A stretch of 63,643 nt of DNA from Phoronis australis (GCA_002633005.1 NMRA01000599.1:186001-249643), one strand, 5' to 3'. Positions 28,028 through 40,995 are shown, numbered from the stretch's first letter. Notes: generated from the sequence alone by a model not told the origin. Numbers and translations are program-made.

Positions 28028-29519
28028 GTACCTGTTTTTGCATGAATAAAGTCAAAACAATAATAAAAATGAGGCGAAAAAGAGGAAACTGGAAATCTAC
28101 TAAATTGAAATTGAAACCAAAAAAGAGAAAATACACTTTAAAGAGGAAAATTCCAAGCCCTTTGTAAGATTTCACCAAAACAGGAAAAGAGAGGCAATAG
28201 ATTCCATCATTAGGGAACCCTACGTGAGCAGCCCCTTAAAAAGAAAGGAATATATAAATAACAAATAAGAACAGGATGTGGGACCCAAAATGCATTTAAT
28301 AGGGCTACTCCAAGGGTTGGAGCCCCTAAAATGAAATGATATATAATTTCAAAAACAGAAAATCAATTTTTCTTGCCAGAGAGTGGCCCATGGAGAAATG
28401 CAGTGTTTTTTTTTAACTTAACAAATTGAATTCATTTGCTCTTTCAAATCTGCACATAAGTTTTCTCGGGACTTTTTTAAGTACGTACGATCTATACAGC
28501 AAAAAACTTTGTCCTCTGACAAAAACATCTTGGCCAGGACTCCCAGTACTAGTAGTTGAAAACTATATTCTCTTAATTTTGTTTGATTTTTACGCTTCTG
28601 CCCATTGCTACGGTTTCATGCCAACGGCTGCAAAATATTGGGAGGGCACATGCCTCTCTGACTTCCCTGCTTCCCATGGTCCTTCATTACACACAGTTAT
28701 TCCCAGCAAATGTACAAGGCAACTGATTCACCATGATCCAGCAATGAAACGGCCATAATCAATTCTTCATATTTCTATGCATCCCAGGGGAGTATCGTTA
28801 CTAAGTAATGAGAATCCGAGTACTTATACGAAGGAACAATCCACGTCAATATTCGTAGTAACAGGACAACATAAATTGTGCCATCTAAGACATGATAATA
28901 GTTTAGACAGACTTTTAATGGAAGTACAAGACTTACTATAACAACTAGTTAAATATATGTACTACAAAACACTTGCACAAAACGACTACACTAATATGAA
29001 TCACACGTTATTTAGAGATAGTTTGATTACAATAAAAAAGTATAATTAAAGAGAAAAATTGAGTCTTTCACAATCAAAAAACCATTTGTGAAGTGAAACA
29101 TTTTGTTCCCATGCTATGGCTACTAAGTTCTCACTTGGAAATTACATTTAGAATCAAGTTGTAAAGATAAAAATGTACAAATTTGGAATAAATATCCTTC
29201 CAAACTACAATAAAATTCTTCAGTTTGGGACACAATAAGGAAATCAAGAGAACTTCTCAACAAAAATGACAACTCAAGAAATTTTACTTTATTTCAACAT
29301 GATTTATATCTGTTACCAAAATTATGCAGAATGTAGTGAGCCCCTGAAAATAGCAAAAAATGACAAGTTTAGCATTTGTCCTTGTCCCAAATTGAAAGAT
29401 TCCACGGCGCGTCTCTTTTACAAGCAGCAACCAATGGAAGAATGCACAAAAGCAAAAAAAGCACCAATCAGTCTCATCCAAAGACAGACCTTGTACTAGT
29501 ACTATGGCAGGGGAGATAA

Positions 29520-29860
29520 TCATTTTGATTTTTCCTTCATTTTCTCTGCTGCTATAACGTTGACAATGTCATTCCTGATGCCAGACAGGCCTTTCTTCTC
29601 CATGCTACATATCACCACAAACATGATAAGGAGATAGCCAATCAGCATGCTGAACAGAATCCGACCAATCATGACAGGGTAGGCCAGAAGACCAATCGGC
29701 ATCCAGAAGCCGGTCCCCAGCATGGCCAGAACGCACAAGGTGAACAGCGTACCGTAGAACTTTTGGCTTGACCTCACCTTTGAAACGGCACGGTCCAGAG
29801 TAACGACAGCTTGCTCGAGAAGATCCACCTTATTGTTTATCTCATTCTGAGATCCCATGG
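29520..29860 (-). CDS. SMPD2: SMPD2 exon 8 (two transmembrane helices, stop)
   Basis: Acceptor TTTAG, phase matches exon 7; two hydrophobic segments; TGA at 29522-29520. Confidence 0.88.
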
Positions 29861-32800
29861 CTAAAATTTAAGAGAGGGCGTTTAGGGAAATACTTATTAG
29901 TTCCATGACAACATTAGTGCTATACCCTTTGGCTGAAAATTAAACAGCAGTGTGCATAAGGAAACAAATATCAAGCACTGTAGCGAACAACGCACCTAAA
30001 ACGTGAACATTACAGAACGATCACACAATAGAATGACGGACACAAAATGAAATGGGGACAGGAGACAAAAATCAACGGGAATTGTAACTTGGTAGAAGTG
30101 ATAATTGTTATTCAAAGAGGGGAAGGCTTTAGATTCCAGGATGTGTAGGGTTTCTTTAATGTGCAAGGTATGGGGTGCATTGTCACTACATAATATACGT
30201 GCGTAATTAAAATTCAATATCATGGTGGGTGGCAGAGGCATGTCCGAAAACAGAGCTGTTGTCATGGGTCTTGTGTTCTTAAATGCGTAGTCGAATGCTG
30301 TGGATAACGCAAGGCCTATGACAACAGCGCTATTTTTCAAAACGCCTCAACTACTCTTCTGTATAAACTCTTGATTCAAGTGACTTACTCGTATGTAACT
30401 GGCTTCAACATGCGCATTAGTCAGGTTAGAAGTGATATCTGTGTTTAGGAAGAGTTGACACCTGACTCAACAGGCTGGACCAGCTTCAACTAACCTGAAT
30501 AAGGACTTAGCTGAGACCTAATATTTAATAGCATCAGGGTACTGGCAGCTACCCACGATTAACACTCTTGTGATTTTTATTAAATAAACAAATATTTAAT
30601 GGTCTTATTTAACACAGCTGTGCACTAAATTGTAAGTTGATTCCCTGTGTATACACGTATATGTATATGTATGTATATGCATTATGCAAGAGTCTGCATA
30701 TATATTATGTAACACCTAGAGTCGACTCAAGCTGAGGACTGGTTTTCTAGGGAGAGAGCACATGAAGACTCATACATTTGTTTGATGTAAGACTAAAATC
30801 ATATATTTGACATTTTGGCCAATTTTGACCAAGATAACTCAAACACATTCAATCAGTACAGGCTTTAATTGATTGTTTAAATTGTGTTCATAAAGGTCAA
30901 AAATGTCTATTTCATGGAACAACCAGCCACGTCACTTCTCAAGTTCAATGACTGGATTTCAGAAACCATCATGAGGCATGTTATTGTGAGCATGCTTATG
31001 AAGTGAATCAGTTACAACAAGACAGTGGATACCTTGAAACCCTGTACAGAGCAACACTGACACTGGCGCTGGTGAGGGCCAGACACATCTGGTGTTACCT
31101 AATTGGTGGCTGAACTAAGTTTACAACTTTGCTGGTACATATTTTGTTGAGCCATGTTAAGTTGTCTTCTTTTGCTTGTAAAACTTAAGTCTATGGTCAA
31201 TGTTCTCTTTGGTGACACCACTGAAAAGCTCAGTAAAAGAGGGTTTTATCACACTGAGTAAGCTTTTGAAGAAATACTGTGACAGGATTTATAAGAAAGT
31301 ACAAACTAATGTGAAACAGTGAAGAAAAATGAGTACCTTTATGCTACTGGGAAGTGGTCTAAATAAAAAAATTGTTAATTTTTAATTAAAACGGGTTATC
31401 GGGTAACAGTAGCTTTACCTGCAAACAACACAGGCTAATCAGCTGCATCAGGACACATGACCACCAAACTTAACTCAAAAGACTTGACTCGAAAATTGAC
31501 CCATCATTTGTCAAACAGCAGAATTTCACATGGTGTGACTGGTCCCTATTTAGTTGAGTCTTAAGGACAATTTTGGCGATCACGGAGCTTGAAGTTTACC
31601 TGTTGGGTACTGTCTTATGCTGAATTCAGCAGCAAGTCCTTCGTGGTCCGAGAAGTTGAAGGTCTTATCGGGAATGCGGCCCATAGTCACGTAACTGTTC
31701 TCACAAGTAACGTCAATTCCTGGATGTACAGACAGCTGTTGTAATAGACAATGGGAAAACAAAAAACACACCCTAGCCAAGTTCAGACAACTGGGATAAC
31801 AAGTCAGCACTAACTGACACGGGGCATATAGCTTAACCCTCAGTTGGTAGTTTAATCCTTCCATTTCAAATTTTCACTTTCATACAATGATGTTCTTTCC
31901 TTTACATAAAAATCAAACACAACAACCAGCAAAACAGCTAGTCGGTAACTAACCAACCCTAAAATAGTAACAGGGTTGGAAGTCCACACAGCAAAAGTTT
32001 AGAATCAAGTGCCATACATATCAAAATCGAACTGCACATCTAATATTAACCGGCACACGTTGAAATGGAGATAGCGTAAACACATATATCTCATAGGACG
32101 AAAATAACTGCACGAACATCAAGCCCTTCGAAAGAACTTATTTACTCCAAGATTCGACTTTTTATTATTCGCGTGTCACTCCGCCATTTGTATTTTTAAG
32201 GGAATTTGATTTCGTTAGTACTAACACACTGAACAAAAATTTTCCTCCCATTCTCTTGGTTTATATCCATTTCATCAAGTGGTGAAATCTTTGATGGAAC
32301 TTCATCTCTGTTTACAGAGCTGAGTATTGGCAATAAAACAGCAAGAATATGAAAGTTATGGTAAATTCAGTAATGATCATCCCTCAAAGGTGACATTGTT
32401 TCAGGAAATTAACAATACAGGGGTCTGTTTTATCAAAGGTCATAAATCTGGTCCTGAGGTGGCAGGCACATCAGTAAACACGTTGCTGCATTATTAGAAG
32501 AGCAAAAACATTGCAATGGATAGAAAGTTGTTTGCAAAACGCAATAATGTTGATGAACTGACCTACTTCTGTAAACTATCATTAGTGTACATGACAATAT
32601 GATTAAGTATCGCTAGCACTTATTTTACCTTAGAATTGTTTTTTGATAGGTGCCAATGATCGATCTTGCACCACTTGGTCCCATGTAAACGAACAGGAAA
32701 TTTGACCTACACATTGGGGATATTCTACTTTTGTAGGAAATCAAATGAGCAACAACAAAAAATAGTACACGGCTCGCAGATTTAAATTAGGTTTTCTAAA

Positions 32801-35800
32801 ACTGGAATTATTTTATATTAAGTTTATTTTTTAAAATTTGAATTATGTTGGAGAAATGTGTCAATTCAGCAGAATTTGCCTAAAGATTGTGCAGCTTCTT
32901 GCAAATGCTTTCTCTGTGATGTTCGTGTACATGTATGCGATAGTATTCTCTGCTGAGTAAGCCGTGAAAGTTTAGTCCCAATGAGGGAGGGTACCAGAAG
33001 TACCTATCTGAACATCTAAAGCATAACTCAGATCAAAACCAATGCTACACGTAGCTTTAAAAAGTCTCAGAAATACCGAAGGGCCTGTGTGTGTGTGTGT
33101 GCGTGTGCGTGTGCGTGTGACTAACCTGCATTACATCGGTAGAAGATGAAGTCAATCCTTTGACCTTCTGGGTGTTTGCTCTTTGGGTCACAGACAGTGA
33201 AGCTGTTCTCGGGGGAGTCAACAGTCACACCTAACTCCCCTTCAGTCTTTGTTTTCTGCATAGACATCACAAAATAAAGTCTTCCTTAACTTAACACTTG
33301 AGGGGCCAACTACAGTAAGAACTAAATGTTACTAGGAATGAACATCCACAAATTAAGTCATTGGTTCCTTTCATTCTGTTGGAGACCTAGTATCACACAA
33401 TACAGCGTAGATAACCCACAACTGTCTTACCACAGAAAGGCCAATGTATCACCAACGTTGCATGTATGTTCGTGCACCTGTATGTTGAACATGTCAATCT
33501 CATGGGGGAGGCCGAGTCACAACGAGTCTAGTGTCTATTGGTTAAAAATCAGTCTACCGATGGCATAGTGTGTTTCATGAAACCAAGCCAAGGCTAAACG
33601 TCAGAAAATCTGTTTACAACTCAAAGCCAAAAATCAGGTGCCAGCTCAGGTGCAGACTTGGCAAATGTAAAAGAAAAACTTTTGGCTTTGGGCTCTTTGA
33701 AAAGCAGGCACTTCGTAAACAGCGCAAACACTGTAGTTCATGTCTGTAAGCCATTAGTATCTGGTAACCTGATGACATGGAGATAGTACCAGCCATATTG
33801 TGAATTTGAGTGAGCCCGCATCAAGTTAATAGTAAATCAACAGACAAAACTATCATGCTTTTATTCAGCATTGTGTGTCCTTTCTACATAAGACACATGG
33901 TCAGATTAAAAATATTACAGTACCCTCTGACAACCACATCACCATATGCTAAATCATACATAATTGTGGCTGTCAATATTTGCTAAAACATAGCAGTTCA
34001 TCCAAACAACATCAGCTACAACAGCTAGTTTAGTACCCTTTCTAGCCAAGCGTCCAGAAGATTGGCATTATTTCGCACTATCTTATAGCCTAGGTCGTGT
34101 GACTGTAGATTGAGGTCGCCCCCGACGATGACCAGGTCACACGACTCGCTAGTGTAGCGGATGAACTGGCTCAACTCGAATGCCTGACATGTGCGATGGG
34201 CGTTGTACTCGTCTTCTTCGCTAGTGAAGTCGTACTGTGCGTGCACCTGTAACCAAGACAACACAATGGGATAATGCACGTGTAACCATGACAATGCAAA
34301 GGGATAGTGCATATTACCCTCTGACACAGCGCCACCTACACTGAAAAGTGGCCCTGTGGAAACATGATCAACGACACACGAAATTAATTGCTTGGGCATC
34401 AATACGCATGCTTGGTCGGAAGTTTATCGAACACATTGCCACCATGCAATTATTCAAGTCATGGTAGGTTGCCATACTATGTAACACTAAATTGAAAGGG
34501 GTTTCCCAGATTTCAACCAATAGGAATGACTGAATGTTATGACGTCGGTTTCATAACTTTAACCAATGAAAAGCCATGATAAAGAACATTCCACAGTGCT
34601 GCCTTTCATAGCACTGTGAAAGAGTGTACTGTAAGCAAGACAACGCAATGCAATAATGCATCTGTCACTAAGGCACTGCAACAACATAGATAAAAAGGTG
34701 AACACAAAGAAAAGGAATGCCACTAGGGGTCAAAGCAATTTTTGATTTGGTCCAAAACACAGTATTATTTGTTGTCAGCTCCATAGGAACGCATCCACCA
34801 AATTTCGCCAAACACCTTAGACAACGCAAAAACAAAAATTGCCACTAGGGACGACACAATAGTCGAACACATCTGACAATCAACATCAGCTGTTGTCCTC
34901 TCATCAGGAATACATCTGCAAATTTTCCAAATACTCCTTTTGATGGTGTGGCAGATAGAGAGGCAGAGGCCAGAAATTGGAATAAAAAATATAAAAATGG
35001 ACACTCGTTGTCATCCGTTTCCAGCTTTATAGGAACACATCTTCCAATTTTCATTAAAATCCTTAAGTGGCTTTTAATAAGGAGATACAGCATTGGGTAC
35101 CCAGACAGGTGACTACAATATGTACCCACGTACGTTTACATGCGGGCACATAAAAATGGCTCAGTATGTCCAGAGCTTGAAATATTTATGTATCGGATCA
35201 TTGGCAGATGCTTGGTACAACACTAAATCAGTGCATTACACCGCCAGTGATGTTAATGTGCCTAAAGCAGCACACATTGCAGATACCAAAATCCAACCCT
35301 GCTGTATGTGTGAAATAGTTGAGATCAATGAAAAAGCAAATTCCGAAGAACTTGCATCTGTCAGATGCACATAATTCTTTGTCTCACTTATAACTTTCAC
35401 TCCAAGTTACAGTTGCTCTTGTTTGTGCACTTAGCCAATCACACTTCCACATACACGTACATTATCTCTTAGTTTGGTTGCATCTGACTTACGCCATATT
35501 AGCAATATGCGAACTCACGTGCGTCACATAGACGTTGATGCTGAGGCCTTTGTACTGTATCTTGCACAGACCAACGCCTTTAGCTGCGTACCAGTCACCG
35601 TGGTGCACTTTGTGAGCGAATCCATTGAGAAAAAAACAGTGCATGAAGCTCTCTGTGATTGGTCCTTTGGAGAAGACGCACATCCCACTGCCGATCCAGC
35701 CACTAGCGAGGAGGAAAGTGAGCAAAAGTATGGAGCTAGATGTCGACACAAAATGTGACGCAACACGGGCCTGTTCCAAGAGACTGATTTAAGTTCATTT

Positions 35801-38800
35801 TTTACTTAAGTCTAAGATTTTTTTCTTAACTTCTGAAGTTTGAAACTTCCACATCCGGTGACATAGCCAAAACTAAGACAAAACTTACATCAAAAACTTC
35901 AGTCAAACTAAAAATCTCTTTCTTGAAATGGTCTTAAGAAAAATTTAAGTTTTATCTTAAAATTTACTACCTAAAATTGATGCTAAAATGAGGCATTGCA
36001 CCTTAAACAACAATACACAACAATCATTTTTTTTGTAACATCACGAAAGTGTGCACGTAGTGAGTGGAATTTCAAAAAAACAATGCTGGTGGTTCATTTT
36101 AGACACAACAAATCACTAACAGCAAATTTTCAGTTTACAGGGTTAACATGTTACCTTTCAAAATAATGAGAATAGGGAAGTGTTGGGCTAACTTTCTCAC
36201 ACAGTCTGTCATAATCACTTTTAGCCCACACCTGAAATGAAATTTGAAAAATAAAATGCACATTGATACCGGAAGTGTTCACCTAAGCCTTAATACACTT
36301 GTAAAAAAGAGCAGTGACATTCATATCCACAAGAAATGTGAGCATAAGTATCGATGAAATTACTTATTAACAACAATTAAACCCTCAAAACTACAAGCAT
36401 TTTTCAATTTGAATGTGAAAAAGTTCAACATTTGAATTCATACACCACAATAAAATTGGTTCTCAATGTATACCAAACAATGGTCTCAACTCGATCTTCC
36501 ATTCTCACTTGAAATAATTCCTGGACTTAAGATCTTGTCACAGGCTCCTTCCACAGCCATTCTATAATTAATAACATTTACCCACAATGCAGCATGTTTG
36601 TCAGAATGTAACTTTATTCTTTGATGTAATATTTAACATTTTGATAAAAGGACTTTTCCCAGTCTCTGAACAAATTACGGGATGATCTTCGCTATCTCCA
36701 CTGAAAGCAAAACAACAATCGTTGGTCAAATTCCTTAATATATGGAAGGCCATAACTACAGCACACCACAAATTGCCGGAGACTCTACAAAATGTCCTGC
36801 ATCCAACTGTAACGTATTGCCAACACATGATTTTTTTAAGGGCATGCATATCAACAGTGGCTTACGACATACCTCCTCCAGTATAATGAGATCGTGTGTT
36901 CCCTTCGATAATTCATCAGCAATAGCAGCAAGTCTTTCATTCTTTAATTTTGCCATATAAGGGAACGGAATGCCCCTAGAGAAAAACAAGAAAGGTTGAT
37001 AACAAATAATACATTAAGAAATGTTGATTGCTGACCATTAAAGTGGTCTAAATTTTCCCCAAATTGGACTGTAGCACAAGATTATCTAGAGACAACAATC
37101 AATGACCACGACCACCACACAAAATGGCCATGATCCATTCATACAGACTTCAGGGAAATAAAAACTGGGTAAGCTGTATTACCACCTATTTAAAGAGGTT
37201 AGTCCATCGATAGAGTGAAAAAGTAAAATCAAACATCTTGATTTGTTGGTCAACTCTTATGAAACAACATCAGTTTAAAGACTATCTTGAATGGTAACAC
37301 CAGTAAATGGTTCCCACAGCATGTTAAGAGCATTGCCACAAATTGTCAAATGTACATCAGTTTAAAGCCTATCTTGAATGGTAACACCAGTAAATGGCTC
37401 CTACAGCATGTAAAGAGCACTGCCATAAATTGTCAAATGTAACAAACTGTTAGGCGTCTTGGTTTGCTTTTTGACTACGTCACCGCAAGAATCGCATTTT
37501 AATTCAAACAGCTGCGAATAACACCCGAACCTAGTGGTGTTCTGTTTAGACCCCTATTCAATACAACTATTGTCGGCCTTTTGTTGTTTGTGCTGGGATT
37601 TCGCGGTGATGTTATATGGCACGAAGAGGCAGCTTCACCTATCATTTGAGTGACCAACATTTGCGAGATTAAACATGCGTTTTCTTATTTTCCTAAGACT
37701 TTGCTAGGACTACCTGGTTAGCCCAATACATATAAAATAACAAAATTCTGCAGAAGTTAACCTTTAAGGTGAACAGGTGTGTCATCCGCCATACTAAGAC
37801 TTGTGGTTTGCTCAGGAATTTCAAAGGTGTTCTGGCTCCTCGGACAGGTCCATCATGATAACTGTTTTCGTCATTTTATTTTTGATTCTCCACTCTACTT
37901 TGTTGTTTCCAGCCAGGTCCCTATCTTTTGATTTATTTTTAAGCTTGAAGTGACAAAACAGAGGCAGATTTCGATCGTCAGTGAAACTATGAAGTCAGCT
38001 CTCAACCACCCACTCACCTCATCTACTGCTTGGATTTTCTCATTGACTTTGAAGCTAGTCATAGTTAATCTTCACAATGTGTGTTTCATCACTAGCTGAA
38101 TAACCAATGTCACAGTTTTCCAGTTAGCGTGCTACTCCTTGAATAAAGTAGTTTGACACAACTGGGTGATAAGCGCCATCTTAAAACGCTATTGACATCT
38201 AGAATCGGTGGTTGTGTGTTGTTTCTATTAGTTGTAATGTAGTTGTGGTATTGTTAATTATGATCAGCGTAAGTAAATCCTGCGAATATATCAATACGCA
38301 TGTTTGTTTGTCTTCATTCCGTAACAATGTTTTGTAGTTTTTTTTGCTTTAGATATCAATATTTAAAAATTAAATACCTGACTACATTGTTTTTTCCAGC
38401 TCAATACTACCGTAATGTTAAGTTTTAACAAAAATTATCGGTTTAATCATTTTGAAAATTCGACATTACCATGATGCTCAGGCAAAAACTGCATCCGACT
38501 CCACCCCGACTCTGGCGCAAAGCTCACTTTGATCCTGGTTCAAGTCGCTATATGAACAAGGCTGAAGTAAAGGAGTAGCATTGAAAATATATCCTGTATG
38601 CTTTCCTTGTAAGTGAATTACCGGTATATATTCACGGCATGTGACTGGCACTGACACTTAGAAAAAAGTAAAATGAGAAGATATCCAAAAGAATTTGAAA
38701 TTTGTGTTCCGTAGACTTGTTGTCGTCAACAGGCGTGAATTCATGTAACTTCCTCAAAATGGCACTGGCTAATTATAGCTCAATATTTATATACCTGTTT

Positions 38801-39203
38801 CATTCGATGTTATTCGCTGTCCTCTGAAATGAGTAATTTTTTATGGGGGCTGCACTATCGCCTGTGTATGCCTGTGGCAAACTTGAAGCCAAAGACAAAG
38901 CTTCCAAAGAGCTACCAATCCAAATAGACAATGACCAACGCCTCTACTGGCAGCGCGAGCAGAGACGATGGTCATTGTCTACCAATCCAAAAGGCAAAGG
39001 CCCCCAAACCGAAAGGGCTGTGCTGTGCACTAAACAGAAAGGAACGTTCTTTGGGAAGGAAACTGGAAACGACTGAAACTAACAAATTCAGAAATATGTG
39101 CCTCTCATCGGAACCACATAGTATAGGTTGAGAAACAAGACCCGCTCAGAGTTAATGAGACTTACCAACAGTTTAAAGTCAACACTTTCAGCGACTCTGC
39201 CAT
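29520..39203 (-). CDS. SMPD2: Neutral sphingomyelinase 1 (sphingomyelin phosphodiesterase 2; EEP fold plus two C-terminal TM helices), 8 exons, 400 aa
   Basis: Exons 39203-39166, 36975-36873, 36231-36155, 35702-35519, 34246-34037, 33255-33126, 31719-31600, 29860-29520; all GT-AG and phase-compatible, total 1203 nt. Motifs LNCWG, LEEVW, HHGDWYAAKGVG, GGDLN, RIDF, SDH. Confidence 0.93.
31600..31719 (-). CDS. SMPD2: SMPD2 exon 7 (IDVTCE...FSDHEGLAAEF)
   Basis: Acceptor TCCAG, donor GTAAA; catalytic SDH motif. Confidence 0.92.
33087..33119. repeat. (TG)n/(TGCGTG)n microsatellite beside the SMPD2 exon 6 donor
   Basis: Read directly from the sequence. Confidence 0.9.
33126..33255 (-). CDS. SMPD2: SMPD2 exon 6 (KTKTEG...NSF...GQRIDFIFY)
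   Basis: Acceptor TGCAG, donor GTTAG; RID motif; translated by hand. Confidence 0.9.
34037..34246 (-). CDS. SMPD2: SMPD2 exon 5 (VHAQY...GGDLN...DAWLER)
   Basis: Acceptor TTACAG, donor GTAC; GDLN motif. Confidence 0.92.
34719..35158 (+). mobile_element. Fragment of the ~150-bp-monomer Helentron-like family in SMPD2 intron 4
   Basis: GCCACTAGGG motifs at 34719 and 34841, shared AATTTTC..AAAATCC blocks, ends in GCGGGCACATAAAAA. Confidence 0.5.
35519..35702 (-). CDS. SMPD2: SMPD2 exon 4 (GWIGSGMCVFSK...HHGDWYAAKGVG...VYVTH)
   Basis: Acceptor CTAG, donor GTGAGT; P-loop-like motif. Confidence 0.93.
36155..36231 (-). CDS. SMPD2: SMPD2 exon 3 (VWAKSDY...LPYSHYFE)
   Basis: Acceptor TTTCAG, donor GTAAC; not in the ORF track, translated by hand. 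Confidence 0.9.
36873..36975 (-). CDS. SMPD2: SMPD2 exon 2 (GIPFPYMAK...DLIILEE)
   Basis: Acceptor TCTAG, donor GTATGT; carries the metal-binding Glu motif. Confidence 0.9.
37267..37441. repeat. Tandem duplication, two copies of an 87-bp unit, in SMPD2 intron 1
   Basis: ACATCAGTTTAAAG...AAATTGTCAAATGT starts at 37267 and again at 37354. Confidence 0.9.
38925..38981. mobile_element. 57-bp hairpin MITE (TAG...CTA) with 10-bp TSD
   Basis: TAGACAATGACCA...TGGTCATTGTCTA flanked by CCAATCCAAA (38915-38924, 38982-38991); homologous to 47964-48029. Confidence 0.8.
39166..39203 (-). CDS. SMPD2: SMPD2 exon 1 (MAESLKVLTLNCW)
   Basis: ATG at 39203; donor GTAAG; conserved 'L.VLTLNCWG' N-terminus. Confidence 0.88.
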
Positions 39204-39750
39204 TTTTAAATCTTCCGGTTACTAATATATCGCCACCTGGCGAGTACAAGCGCGATCCCCCTGCCTACATGGCATGCGGCACTAGCAACCGCACGTAAAA
39301 GCTTGCGACCCCGAGACTAGCTAAGAGAGATTGCACAGAGAATTTCCGTCTGCCTGCTGTACTCAGTTTTGATGGAGACTTGTAGTTAACAAATTAAGCC
39401 TATTCTTGCTTCTTCAGTGTGAAGCTAGACTCACTCCCCGGCCCTGCACGGCTACACTCAGTCGATTTCTATTAGACAAACAACAAATCCCGCGACAATT
39501 ACATAGTAGGCAATTCTTAATAAGTTCTGAGCTGTGGCCCTGGGTGAATGCCAGGACTATTGGCCTGAGGTATCTTTTCAACTCCAGTCGCACCGTGGAC
39601 GACAGAAAATTCACTTTTAGTGGCCAAACAGTAATTCAATTCCAGGACTCCAAGTTCACACACAGCAAAAAAGGTCAGATCGCTTGACTTTTCGAGAAAA
39701 GGTCTACCAAGTGAAAAAAATAAGCCTATTAGCGGAAATAAGACACAAAC

Positions 39751-40110
39751 TGTCGCATACGCGATATTTAACTAGGTAAATAAAACAACAAGAATGGATC
39801 AACTGAAATTTTAGGATGTAATATCGTCCTTTGTCAACAGACGTTAACATCCGAAAATTTCAGTTGATCCATTCTTGTTGTTTTATTTACCTATTTATAT
39901 TCTTCATTTCGTGAAACAATAGTATCCTTGGGAGGATCTGGATCGCCTGATTTAGTTTCAGATTTTATTTTCTACGATATTTAACATCACGTTCACGAGA
40001 TGACGCATTCTAGCAGAACGCTCTCTGGATTTGGAATGTACAATGTATATGTTTGTAGTTGAATATTAATGGAATATATTTATTAATATGTCTTTTATCT
40101 TAATTCTACA
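39751..40110 (+). repeat. 5' LTR (interrupted by a 202-bp insertion at 39773-39974)
   Basis: TGTCGCATAC...AATTCTACA aligns with 45597-45689 plus 47044-47088. Confidence 0.9.
39773..39974. mobile_element. 202-bp insertion containing a ~48-bp-arm hairpin, flanked by an 11-bp direct repeat
   Basis: CGATATTTAAC at 39762-39772 and 39975-39985 (single copy in the 3' LTR); inverted arms 39773-39821 / 39844-39893. Confidence 0.8.
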
Positions 40111-40128
40111 TGGTGACCTCGACGTGAT
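40111..40128 (+). promoter_or_regulatory. Primer-binding site complementary to the tRNA-Trp 3' end
   Basis: TGGTGACCTCGACGTGAT directly after the LTR; 17/18 match to the tRNA-Trp PBS TGGTGACCCCGACGTGAT as I recall it. Confidence 0.85.
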
Positions 40129-40196
40129 GGATCAGCAGCAAGTTTTTTTAAACTGAAAGACAACTGTAAATTTAACGGTAAGCTTAAACAAACAAA

Positions 40197-40995
40197 ATGA
40201 CCTCGAGAGACGAAATAGAAGCCAAAGGAAAGGCTCGTTTACACGGTGTAGAAATGCCGAAACAACTTGAATTTTCTAGTAAAAAAACTATATGAGGAAT
40301 ACATTAGGTTTAAAACACTGACAAAGGAAATTATGAATTGTTACGAAGGACTTGAAGAAAAACACCAAGTCGATAGTGGATGGGTCCAGAAGCATGTGTG
40401 AAACATGCAAACCACCCCTTTGATGGTAATGATAACGAGAAGATAAACCCCCTGTGGACGTATTTCGATGGCATTTGTGCCAAGAAGGAAGGCACAGAAG
40501 GATCGTGGAATGCATCACGGATGAAATTAAAGTTTGTCAAGCAGCAAGCGGATGAGACTGTTGATCAATTTTATGATCGGATAAGGAAGTTGTTACAGCA
40601 ATGTGAATATCTAAATGGCATTTCAAGCGTCATGGAGACTGAAGCCCTTAAATACGGATTCAAAGATGTTAAGATTTTGGAAAAAGTTTATGCCCTCCCA
40701 AAGACAAACACTCAAGTATTGGACACGGCAAGGGCGACGGAGGCAGCACAACGGCACATGCAAGAAGATGGTAAAGTGAGGCAGGAGATCACACAGTGTT
40801 CTGATACCGCAAATAATACTGATGAACTTCGACAAACTCGCACACGACAGATTAATTGCACGAAATGTGGATATATGCACCCACCAAAGCGATGTCCAGC
40901 GTTCGGGAAGAATGCAAACAGATGAACCATTTTGAGCGGTGATGTCAGCTCAACATTAAACCTGAGAAGCGGGAAACTGAAAAGAGAAGAAAGCA
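40197..40995 (+). pseudogene. gag: Gypsy gag, frameshifted
   Basis: KQQADETVDQFYDRIRKLLQQCEY capsid-like segment and CTKCGYMHPPKRCPAFGK knuckle typical of Mag-clade gags; frameshifts present. Confidence 0.85.

Noticed and set aside
29520-29858. Stand-alone small membrane protein
   Set aside because: It is the in-phase last exon of SMPD2.
38843-39131. ORFs antisense to SMPD2 intron 1
   Set aside because: Short, no recognisable motif, and partly made of the hairpin MITE and its TSD.
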